A stretch of 64,000 nucleotides of DNA, taken from assembly GCA_963714275.1 (NCBI GenBank), contig CAVQNT010000006.1, forward strand, positions 128,001 to 192,000, in the 5' to 3' direction. The DNA is from Candidatus Bathyarchaeota archaeon. GTDB lineage: Archaea > Thermoproteota > Bathyarchaeia > Bathyarchaeales > DTEX01. The position numbers were made by a program, and so were the translations under genes. The first letter of the stretch is position 1. Each line of letters opens with the position of its first letter. The notes below the pieces were generated by a model, which saw nothing but the letters and a program-made list of their open reading frames with translations, ran no database searches and was not told where the DNA came from. This document shows, piece after piece, positions 42,006 through 52,358 of the stretch.

Positions 42006-42362
42006 ATGGGTGAAAAGGAGTTGTTTGAAACCATTATCTTGATGGCTCAAAAGTATTTCTTTTTTCCATTTATAATGTTACTAATTGTCGCGTCTTTGTG
42101 GTCCATAGCAGGCATACTTCTATGTCTCTGGGTTTACAATGATGCGAAATCTCATGGAATGGAGGGCGCATTGTGGGTCTTGGTTGTGCTTATCGCTAAC
42201 GTAGTTGGACTCATTGTCTATTCGATGGCCAGAGAAGTAAATAGACCTCGCCCTATAATTTCGACGTGTTCTGGAAGGCAAACAAGATTCTGTTCGAGCT
42301 GCGGCACAGAACATACACTGAATGCAAAGTTTTGTTCAAACTGCGGAAAATCCATAACTTAA
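42006..42362 (+). CDS. Membrane protein with C-terminal zinc ribbon
   Basis: WVYNDAK..GM..LW; FCSSCG...FCSNCG. Confidence 0.85.
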   Translation: MGEKELFETIILMAQKYFFFPFIMLLIVASLWSIAGILLCLWVYNDAKSHGMEGALWVLVVLIANVVGLIVYSMAREVNRPRPIISTCSGRQTRFCSSCGTEHTLNAKFCSNCGKSIT

Positions 42363-42458
42363 AATGGAAAATAGTTAAGGTGACTAGGAAAGCCGTTCTT
42401 GACGCAAACACGTTTTTTGTTAAAAGAAAGTTTTTAGGTTACAATATTTCATATCTGC

Positions 42459-43840
42459 GTGTTCAGTATGTCAGATCATGAATCCAGCGAATCAGCATCC
42501 AAAAAAGGAATCATATCTGGCGCCATTCTAGCGGTTATCGAGGTTACGGGAGGAGTTCTTTCAGGTAGTCTTGGGCTTTTGTCGAGCTCATTCAACACTT
42601 TAATGGATTTTTTGGCTTCGATCATCATGTTCTTTGCGGTTCGAGAAAGCAGCAAACCTCCCGACGAAGTCCACATGTACGGGCACGAAAAGGTCGAATC
42701 CGCTGCAGCAATATCCGAAACACTTCTCCTTGTTTTAGCTTGCTCATGGATAGTCTACAACGCCTACGTTAGGTTGACAAGCAGTATGCAGGAAATAGAA
42801 CTGTTCTGGGTAGCATTCTTAACAAATTTCGCCTCGATACTGATTGACCTGTTTGCTTACATGAAACTTAAAGCGTCCACCAAGAAGCGAGAAAGCGAGG
42901 CTATTGAGGCTGGGGCACTTCATTTTCTGAATGACCTTTTAATCGCCATCATCGTGATTGTTGGTTTAATTTTCTATTGGTTCGGCGTTTGGTATGCGGA
43001 TTCAGTGGCTGCGTTGTGCATTGTAGCCTACATTGTGTTTTCAGGATTCAAGATAATTCGTTCATCTTTCGCGACTCTTATGGATGCTGCGCCACAAGGA
43101 TTATCAAATAAGGTTAAAGAACAAATTCTCAGCGTAGAAGGAGTTGACGACTGTCACCACCTCAGAATCAGGAAAGCGGGCTCAAAATACTTTGTGGACG
43201 CTCATGTTTCTTTGACTGGCGGAATAACGCTTTATCAGGCGCATTTAGCAACATCAATTATAGAGGAGCGAATAACCAAGATTCTTCCCCAGTCAGACAT
43301 CATGATACATACTGAACCTCACACTGGAAAGGACCCGGTAGCCACGATAAGGACTGTTGCCTCTTACTTTCCCGAAATCAGGGGCATTCATGGAATCACG
43401 GTGAAAACGATTGGGGGGAAAATTCTGGTTTCTTACCACATTGAGTCGAGTCCAGAATCTCAATTATGGCTGCCCATGAGATCGCTGATGGTTTGGAAAA
43501 ACGCCTGAAAGGGGAACTAATGAACGTCTCAACGGTCATCAGTCACCTTGAACCAGCCCCTGAGACGTCAGAAACAGGATACAGCCGAGAATCAGACAGC
43601 CTACTTGAGAATGAAGTTAAAAGAATTTCGGGGAGTATGCCAGAGGTTCGTTCCCTTCACGAAATCGGAATATTAAAACGCGACGGAATGTACAATGTGA
43701 CCATGCACTGTGCAGTCGACGACTCTGTGACCTTGTCTCAGGCACATGAGATTGCCACGAGAATCGAGGAAAAAATCAAAGCCACCAACAACAGAATTAA
43801 CCAAGTGAGCGTGCACTGCGAACCGCAAGAATTCAGCTAG
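42459..43840 (+). CDS. Cation diffusion facilitator with three C-terminal domains (frameshift ~43450)
   Basis: PPDEVHMYGHEKVE, HFLND; three repeats ending HTEP, HLEP, HCEP. Confidence 0.9.
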
Positions 43841-43896
43841 ATTCATGGTTTTTCATGATCTTGAGACGTGCGTGGTACGCTTTCGAATGCCTGAGT

Positions 43897-44073
43897 GTCA
43901 TCTGTCGTTTATTCACTGATTTCTATTTGTTTATCTAGTCTGATTTGTGTAAAATTAGGATTTTCCGTTTGTGTAATAATACTAGAGTTTATAAAAAAAT
44001 TGTTCAACAGTACATTTGTTCCTTTGTTTTAGAATAATTTGATCAAATTTGCATTTTGTCTTTTGGACGCACA
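43897..44073 (-). repeat. Copy C of dispersed repeat (inverted relative to B)
   Basis: Hand alignment to 31845-32020. Confidence 0.85.
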
Positions 44074-44209
44074 GTATTCTAAAAATTGGCTATTTAACGT
44101 ATTGTTGCGGTTTCGGTTGCATCTGTGACCAATTAATTGACCACTTTTTTGCACAATTATGAATTATTGTGACCACATAAATTATTGAACATTGAATATG
44201 CAGGAGGCA

Positions 44210-44332
44210 TTGGATGAAATGTTCAGGATAAGAATGAGTAACGAAACAAAAGAATATGCCAAGATGATGTTAACCTACACTGGAAGCATCGTTTTTGGCT
44301 ACATCGTCTTCTTCCTACTAACTTTACTCTAA
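44210..44332 (+). CDS. Putative small membrane peptide (37-40 aa)
   Basis: GGAGG, then (LDE)MFRIRMSNETKEYAKMMLTYTGSIVFGYIVFFLLTLL*. Confidence 0.5.
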   Translation: MDEMFRIRMSNETKEYAKMMLTYTGSIVFGYIVFFLLTLL

Positions 44333-44439
44333 AACTGTCCAGCCAAAATAGCATTATTTGGCTTTGCCGTCTTTCGTTCAGAACTGATGGGAATGTGAAG
44401 GTTTATTTTCTCTGCATGATAGATTGTGCCTGAAAAGAC

Positions 44440-45355
44440 TTGGACTCCGAAGTAAACAAGGGTATTGTCTTCGACATCCAACGGTTCTCGATTCACGACG
44501 GACCAGGCATACGCACAACAGTTTTTTTGAAGGGTTGTTCGCTTCACTGTTTCTGGTGCCAAAACCCTGAGGGAATCCACCTGAAACCAGAGGTCATGTT
44601 CTACTCCGACAAATGCATCTATTGCGGAAACTGCCTTCTCGCATGCCCAAATGAAGCTCACGTTGTCCAAGGAAGCAATCATGTGTTTTTTCGCGAAAAA
44701 TGTAAAGCTTGCGGAAGATGCGTGGACACATGCTATTCAGGAGCGTTAGTGCTGGTTGGGCGCGAAATGACAGTTGACGAGGTTACCAACGAAGTCATGC
44801 GAGACAAAGTTTTTTACGACAAGTCAGGTGGCGGAGTCACATTGTCCGGAGGCGACCCCGTCGTACAGCACAGCTTTTCAAAGGCATTGCTAAAGCGGTG
44901 CAAAGCTGAAGGTCTACACACAGCCTATCGAGACCGCGGCAAATTTCCAGTGGCAAACCTTGGCTTCGTTGCTTCCCGTGACTGACCTTGTGATGATGGA
45001 CATCAAACATGTTGACCCCGAAAAGCATGAGAATGCAACTGGCGTTTCAAACAGGAACATTCTAAAGAATGCGGTGCAGCTGTCAAAAATCAGTAAACCT
45101 CTCATTGTACGCGTGCCTGTTATTCGCGGCATCAACGACACTATAGGTGAAATCGAAGCCATTGCTGAATTTGTTCAAGGATTTCCGAATCTTCAATATT
45201 TGGAACTGCTGCCGTTTCACCGTTTAGGAGAAGGCAAGTACAACGCCCTTGGTCTTAAGTATCCTGCGAGCAATTTGACTGCCCCAACCAAAAAAAGAAT
45301 GAAAGAACTGGCTGCTGCAACCAAAAAATTAGGTGTCAAGGTTCATGGATACTAG
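44440..45355 (+). CDS. Glycyl-radical enzyme activase with ferredoxin insert (frameshift ~44925)
   Basis: HDGPGIRTTVFLKGC, CSLHCFWCQNPE, two CxxCxxC, LLPFH. Confidence 0.94.
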
Positions 45356-45467
45356 CCTTAGTAATCTCTAAGGAAAAAGAAGAAGAGTTCGTTATTCTTT
45401 TATATATTACTCAAACAATCAAGCAAAAACAAACAAGCAGGATTGGGCTAAGGTATGACTGCGAAGA

Positions 45468-47682
45468 TTGCTGAGCTTAACATATGACCAGAGGCTGGCA
45501 GCCTTACGAGAAACCAAGATGCGGCAGACGCTGGAGAAGCAGGAGGCACTCCGCGTCATGGATCAAGATGACCATGGCAGAATCATGCCTCCGCCAGAGT
45601 TGAGGGACATAACCGAATACATGGGTCCGTCTGGCGAGATGGTGAGGGACGCAAAACTGAACAACTTCAAGCCTAAAAGCAACCATCCGACTGGAGGTTT
45701 CTTCGGCGCCAAAGCGTGCGGCGAAAACTTCAGGCTTTTCTTGAACGCTCATCCCGTGTACATTAACCCCATGAGTTCTCTGGCAGGAGGCTACATGGCT
45801 TACTTCATGGGTTACCGAAATCCAGGCTGGCCGCCTGAGTTTGATTTCTCGAATCTACAGGACGAACAAAAGAAATATGGCGTTTATACTGGGATCGGTG
45901 CGACCCAGCATTTCTGCCAAGACATGGTTATCGGCTTTAATCTGGGGTGGGGAGGCTTGCTCAAAAAAATCCGTCATTACCGTAAGACTAACCCCAAATC
46001 TGCGGATTTTTACGACGGTCTAGAACAAGTCATTCTTGGGACTCAAGACTGGATGAGCCGTCATGTTGAAGCTGCTAAGGGTATGGCTGTTGACGAAAAT
46101 AATCCTACTTTACGCAGGAATTTAGAGGAGATGGCTGAAATCAATAAGCGGCTGCTGACCGAGCCTCCTAGAACATTCCGTGAAGCCTGTCAGTGGACAG
46201 TATGGTACCAGATGATTGCCCGCATGTACAACGGCAGTGGTTCGATGGGGCAGATTGACGATTGGCTTAAATCCTTTTATGAACGGGAGTCCGCAGCTGG
46301 CACCCTCACTGATGAAGAGGCAATCTTTCACCTTGCTTGCCTGTTACTCAACGATACGCAGTATTACCAGCTGGGGGGACCCGACGCTGAAGGCAAAGAC
46401 ACAACGAACAAAGTATCTTTTCTCGTTTTAGAAGCGGTTCACAGGCTGAAAGCCCCAGCAAACATAGGCATACGGGTTTTTGATGGTCTCGACCCTGAGC
46501 TGCTCAGTAGAAGCGTCGAAATCATGTTTGAAGATAAAACAGGATTCCCCAAGTTCTTGGGAGACAAAGGAATTGTTGAGGGCTTCGAAAAAAACGGTTA
46601 TTCGGTGCAGGTTGCCCGTCAACGTATCTATTCGGGTTGCCACTGGTTCGCCATCCCAGGGCGAGAGTACACTTTAAACGACTGCGTAAAAATTAACTTC
46701 GCAACAGTTTTTGAGGTTGCCTTTTGGGACATGATGAACAACACCGACATTGAGCCCTGCGTCGACGAGCTGTGGCATAGTTTTGAGAAGCATCTGCGTC
46801 GGGCTGTTGAGGTCACCAAGGAAGGGCTTGACTTTCACATGAAACACATGCATCAGGTCTTCCCTGAGCTGGTTTTGGACTTGCTGTGTTATGTCACGAT
46901 AGAGAAAGGCTTGGACGCATCCAACGGCGGCGTAGAATATTACAACCTGTGCATAGATGGGTCAGGTCTTGCCACCGTCGCCGATTCTTTCGCCGCGGAC
47001 TGAACAAAGGGTCGAAAAAGAGAACCGATTAACGTGGCATCAGCTCGCTGAACACATGAAAAACGACTACAAGGATGCGGAGAATACACGGTTAATGCTG
47101 AGCAGCATTCCACGGTACGGTCGCGGAGGCACACGGGCGGACGAATGGGCTGTCCGCATAGTCCAAGCCTTCACGCGGTTCGCAAAGTTGAAGCCGACCC
47201 CAGCGGGATTCAACGTGATTCCTGGGCTGTTTTCGTGGGCATCAATGATTTCGATGGGTCAAACAGTCGGGGCTACACCAAATGGTCGACATGCTTACGC
47301 TCCTATTTCGCATGGGGCTAGTCCTGACCCAGGATTTCTGAAAGGTGGTAACGCTCCTACTGCCATGGCTGTGGCTGTTGCGTCTGTCCAGTGTGGTTAT
47401 GGGAACACTGCTCCGTTGCAGACTGACATGGACCCAGGCTTAGCCAGCGGCGATGAAGGGGTCGCAAAGGTTGAGGCTCTGATAAGGGGGCACTTTGAAT
47501 TGGGCGGAACCATGATTAACATGAACGTCATCGACAAGAAACAGGTTCTCGAAGCCCACCAAGATCCGTCCAAATATCCTAACCTGATTGTGCGCGTGAC
47601 AGGCTTCAGCGCATACTTCGCAAGCCTTTCCAAGAACCTTAGGCAATTAGTCGTGGACAGGATATTGGCTGAAGAAACATAA
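45468..47682 (+). CDS. Glycyl radical enzyme of uncharacterised class (frameshift ~46998)
   Basis: Gly loop LIVRVTGFSAYF, GATPNGR, Cys loop IYSGCHW. Confidence 0.92.
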
Positions 47683-47976
47683 TTTTGCGTCGAAAAAGGA
47701 TTTCAACCTTAATTTTTAATGTTTTCTTTTGAGCTTAACGCGCAGTGTTGTCAACTTTTTTGGATATAATATGCTAAAAACTCAAGTTTATTACGAAGAA
47801 TAAGCGTGTTTTAGCCTTCTTTCTGTAAGGTGGAAATCGTGGTTAAAATAGGTTAAATCCAATGTTTAACTAAATATGTAAACATTTTACGTATAAAAAG
47901 AAAGGTCTGATAATCATTCTATTGGAGTAACTTTACCTTAGTCAGTGAGAAAAGAAAAAAAAGAAGTAATAATAGA

Positions 47977-49067
47977 TTACGTTGGCGTAACTTGAAGAAA
48001 TCCTAATGCAACCAGTTCGACTATAAGGTCGGCTTGTTTCGCGTCCAACTTGTCTTTTTCAAAAGAAATATAGCCAATATCACTAAAATCAGATGCGAAG
48101 GTAACTGTATCTTCTTTCAGTATTACAATCTTGTTACCGTATAAAACTGATGCTGCACCAAAAGTTCATAAACAACATTATCGCTCGGACGATAAAATTT
48201 CTTACCCTCAGCATCAGTCGTTTCTTCGTCTGCTGTAAAAATGAATATTCCCGAAGTGCATAGTTTCATAAGTTCGGCTACTTTTACTCCGATAGGAAGA
48301 CCCCTATGTGGTTCTTCTTCAGCGACCTTGAAATTAACTTTAAATTTGTTCAGTATACGTTCCAGTTGTTCAAGTGGTCGTTTGTTCTTGCCATGTGCCA
48401 CAAAAATCTGTTTAACTACTGGCTTTAGTTCTTGGGGTGGTGGAGGAGGTGGTTTCTTTTCTTCATGCTCTTCTGGTTTTGGGACTGACCCAAGCTTGTC
48501 TAACCTTAAGTATATTTTATTCTGCAGGTCTTGTGTTATACCCAATTCATCGATATTTTTCTTAATCACCTTGTAGCAGCTTCGGCATCGTTTTTTTCTA
48601 GATGATGGACTCTAATTAATGTGTTGTTAAACACGTCTTCGGGAGGTATGACTTTACCATTGATGCTCTCAAGTACGTCTTTGAACAAATCAGGTGTTAG
48701 CAAGCTTTGAGTTAGCTGTATTCACATCTTCGCCTGTACTGGGAGCGACTATCAAGCCACCTAACGGTGAAAGTGAAATAGTTTTTGTTATATCTTGTTG
48801 CCAACTTCCTTCAGTCAGACCATATCTTGTAGATGACCTGATTAGTTCCGCAAAACTACTACTATTGGGACTATATCCTACTTTCTCTACTAAATCACCA
48901 AGAGCAAAGGGATTCCCAGCATTATTTTCCCATATTGCTTTTGGTACCTTCAATGCTTCCTGCAATGAATTTCTTGGAAAGTAAATGGTGCCGACTTTCC
49001 TTCCCCTTTGTCCTTCAGTTTTAGCTTCAGGAGAAGGACCTTGCGTTGACTCATTCTGTTTACTCAT
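47977..49067 (-). CDS. wHTH-like + TIR-like (CAP12/Pycsar-type) nucleotide-binding protein (frameshifted)
   Basis: IFVAHGKN, IFIFTADE, RPSDNVVYEL, FASDFSDIGYISF; N-terminus FPRNSLQEAL...RYGL. Confidence 0.8.
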
Positions 49068-49150
49068 AAAGCCACTTCTCCAAAATATAATATATTTTTT
49101 ATGATTATACCCTTATTCAATATAATATCGTTGACCTCTCATTAAGATAT

Positions 49151-49483
49151 CTATGAAGAAATATAGGTCCCTTCCTTCCATTGCGGACATTGCCTTCGCA
49201 AACATTCTGACATAACGAGATGTCCATGAGCCTTCGCCTTAGAGTTACGACATATCGCCCTTATTTCGACGATTTCTGTTCTCTGTCCTTTTTCGTCCTT
49301 TTTACCAACGAGCCTGTGGAATTCCCTTTCAGAACTCTTATCGAACCATTTGCAGTCTTTACAGAATTTTTCCTTTTTCTCTCCTTTTCTTTCACATTTC
49401 TCATCTGGACTTTTAACTTCTTTTTTTATAGTTTCTACCTTTTCGTTCACACATTTCACCTGGTGCGGAGATGTCCAGTACAC
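49151..49483 (-). CDS. Small basic Cys-rich protein
   Basis: FCKDCKWF...ICRN...CPQW; start uncertain. Confidence 0.6.
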   Translation of the reverse strand: MYWTSPHQVKCVNEKVETIKKEVKSPDEKCERKGEKKEKFCKDCKWFDKSSEREFHRLVGKKDEKGQRTEIVEIRAICRNSKAKAHGHLVMSECLRRQCPQWKEGTYISS

Positions 49484-49558
49484 GAGTTATAACTCGTATG
49501 TAGAAGTAGAACGAATTAATGCAGTCGATATTGTTTCTAATTTGTTTCACTTAACAAA

Positions 49559-50404
49559 CTAACATTTTTGCTTAAATTCCTCAATTTTCTCTTTTGAGAT
49601 TTCTATTAGGTCGAGTTGGTCAATAAATCTTGCGACAAATTCGAGTGCGGTTTGGCATTCCAAAGGAGTATGAATTTTTCCTTCATGAAGCCTTTCAGAA
49701 CCTTCATCATATATAAAGTAAAGCATGTCATATGAGGGAAGATTAAGTTCCTTTGAATTAGGAAGAAATGAACTCATCGGTCCTATCCAGCTGAATCCAA
49801 ATTTTTCTTTAATAGCTAATTCAATAGCTGTTCTTAAATGATTTAGAACCTCTTCCGGTCGTCCATTTTTAAATTCTTGCCTCGCCTTCTCAAGGTCTTC
49901 TCTCGCATTAACATATTTGCGTCTTTTTTGAAATATATAATCCTCACTTCTAATCTTTTTCATACAAACCCAATTTGTTCGATACATGTATTTCCGTGCA
50001 TAATCCATTGTTTTGTCAAAAGCATCTCTATATCTTTTTAGCGCCTTTTCCAAGTTCGCTAAATATAGATAGGTTTTATCATGAATCAAACCTTTGTCAT
50101 TTTGCACAATATCTCTTATGTATTTCTCGATTTCTCGTGTTGATAATTTCTCATCAATAGCTTCTTTCAGAGATATATCAGTCAAAAACTTCAAGGTTTT
50201 TGCATCAATTTCATATACTTTATCGAGGAACACATCAAAAACCCATTCCTTAGTTTCAGAAGCTCTTCTTTCATAAGAGAATGAACTTTTAAGGCTTGGG
50301 TCAAGCATCAAGGTCGAATGTAAGTTCCAATAAAGTTTTTCAACAAACATCAGGTCTTCTCTTATTCCTAGAAGGATATGCTGAAACTTTTGTGCATCGC
50401 TCAA
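49559..50404 (-). CDS. Helical protein with C-terminal HEPN/Abi-C-like domain
   Basis: DLEKARQEF...NHLRTAIELAIK...GSERLHEG...ALEFVARFI pattern. Confidence 0.55.
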   Translation of the reverse strand: MSDAQKFQHILLGIREDLMFVEKLYWNLHSTLMLDPSLKSSFSYERRASETKEWVFDVFLDKVYEIDAKTLKFLTDISLKEAIDEKLSTREIEKYIRDIVQNDKGLIHDKTYLYLANLEKALKRYRDAFDKTMDYARKYMYRTNWVCMKKIRSEDYIFQKRRKYVNAREDLEKARQEFKNGRPEEVLNHLRTAIELAIKEKFGFSWIGPMSSFLPNSKELNLPSYDMLYFIYDEGSERLHEGKIHTPLECQTALEFVARFIDQLDLIEISKEKIEEFKQKC

Positions 50405-50760
50405 GATAAATCAAATACACTAGGATTGTTTGCGCTTTTAAGATTACGTTCCCGTATGAACTTAGTTTCTAAATGTGTATATTGTTAATGCACGCTATAT
50501 TTCTAGCTAATAACCATTGGCAAGACTTCAAGTGATTCTTGGTCGTCTCTTTCTAACTTACTACTACATTCTTTACTCGTTTCTCTAACGATTTACTCTG
50601 ACTTGTCTAAAAACGAGTTAAATAATAGGAACTTGGACATTTCTCGGAAAACTCTTGGAAGAAATAAAATTGAACCAAGTAGGAAGACCGCGTAAGCCTG
50701 GTCCCGATACAGGAGTTCGTGAGTACTGGCGCAAATATTAGCTAGCTCACTGCTAGCTTT

Positions 50761-51174
50761 TTATCCATCGAACACAATATGGCGGTTAACATCCTTGATG
50801 TCTTCCTTCTCTTCGTCGCCTTTCTCCTTGTTCACTCTAACCCATTCCAGAAACTTGAAGAATCGCTTAAGTTGTGTCTTGTAAAGGCTAAGTACTCCTT
50901 CTATGTGATGTTTCCCTTCTTCAACCATGAAGTTTTGTAAGTCTTCCTTCGACATCATTTCGTACGGTTTACGTACGCTCACTCCTAAATGGTGAAGAGT
51001 CGTTAAGTACGCACTCCTCGTACTCAACTTGCATCCTACCTCTAACTCGTTAAATTGGTCGAAAGAAGATAACGCCGTGAGTTGCTCTTTCGATAACTTC
51101 TCGCTCCTCAACACTCTCTCGATGTCTGTAATTTCTGATTTTATTTTGTTATCCATTTCCGATTTCGACCTCAT
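50761..51174 (-). pseudogene. Truncated tyrosine integrase (N-terminal SAM-like domain only)
   Basis: STRSAYL...KEDLQNF...YKTQLKRFFKFL; no catalytic domain. Confidence 0.7.
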
Positions 51175-51297
51175 TTTAGTCTTATTTTTTATGCGCGATA
51201 ATAGACTCTACCTTAGTTATAAAGTTGAGTATACCTCAAATTTTTGGATAGAAACTCTAATCTACAGCGCACTGTATTTTTGGTTGGCGGTCATGTT

Positions 51298-52321
51298 TTG
51301 AGGATTAAGTGGAAAAGCGGAGTTCAGGTCGAGTATGGAAACGTAAAGATTATGCTTGACCCTCAAAGCAACCGTCTCAGCCACTGTTTAGTTTTTGTGA
51401 GCCACGGTCACTTCGACCATTCAACTGCGTTCAGAATGGACGAGATGCCCAAATACTCTTCGCAACAAACGTTCGACCTAATCGCTAGCTTCGGAATACA
51501 ACCCGAAAACTGGCAACCGCTGACAGTAGGTAAGAAGGTCGTTTTTGACGATGTTGAGGTTGTTCCCTACAACTCCGGTCACGTCTTAGGCTCCTACGAG
51601 TTTGACGTTAGGACGCCTGAAGGAAACGTGCTTTTCACGGGAGACTTCAACACCGAATACACGAAGACCATGAAACCCGCAGAGCCCATACAATGCGACA
51701 TACTCGTTTTGGAAGCAACCTTTGGCTCTCCAAGACTTCGTTTTTCCCCCTGAAGATGTAATAGGCAAGGAAATGGTCGACTGGGCAAAGAAGGTCATAA
51801 AATCAGGAAAAATCCCAACTTTCCAAGCTGACCCCCTTGGAAACGCGCAGGAAATAATAGGCATATTCAGAGAATCAGGCATTCCTGTTGTTACGCACTG
51901 GAAGGTCTCAAGGATTAACCGTATCTACGAAGCCCACGGGCACAAGCTTGATTATGTGGACACAAAAACGAATGAAGCCCAAGAAATCACGGACTCAGGC
52001 AACCTCATCTATGTGACGCCTAAGCAGCTAGACCTTCAGGATCATCCCGAGTTTGTTCCTGCATTGGTTTCTGGATGGGCGTTGTGGGCTCGGAAAACAG
52101 CTTTCCCGCTGAGTGACCATGCCGATTTTCCGAGGTTGATAAAGTTTGTTGAAGATTGCCGACCTAAAACTGTGCTTACGTGCCACGGAAGCAGGTTCAG
52201 CGACACCCTTGCCCACTATATTGAAAAGAAACTCGGAATCAGGGCGTACCCAATCGACCTTATTCCTACAAGCCTTCGTTCCGAGAACCCTAAACACCAA
52301 GTTCAGGAAACTCTTAAATGA
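51298..52321 (+). CDS. MBL-fold beta-CASP-like nuclease (frameshift ~51730)
   Basis: SHGHFDH, GHVLGS, TGDF, LEATFG, LSDHADF, TCHG. Confidence 0.88.
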
Positions 52322-52358
52322 AGCCCAAGACAACAACTCGTCAAAAAGGTGAATTAAG

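Larger units (their letters stand above)
47930..51217. mobile_element. Decayed defence islet bounded by 13-bp direct repeats
   Basis: ACTTTACCTTAGT (47930-47942) and ACTCTACCTTAGT (51205-51217); AT-rich; integrase fragment inside the right end. Confidence 0.6.

Noticed and set aside
47758-47786. Thermococcales dif-like half site TTGGATATAA
   Set aside because: No matching second arm.
51212-51239. dif-like 11-6-11 arrangement CTTAGTTATAA-AGTTGA-GTATACCTCAA
   Set aside because: Arms are poorly symmetric; more simply a TATA box for the adjacent gene.
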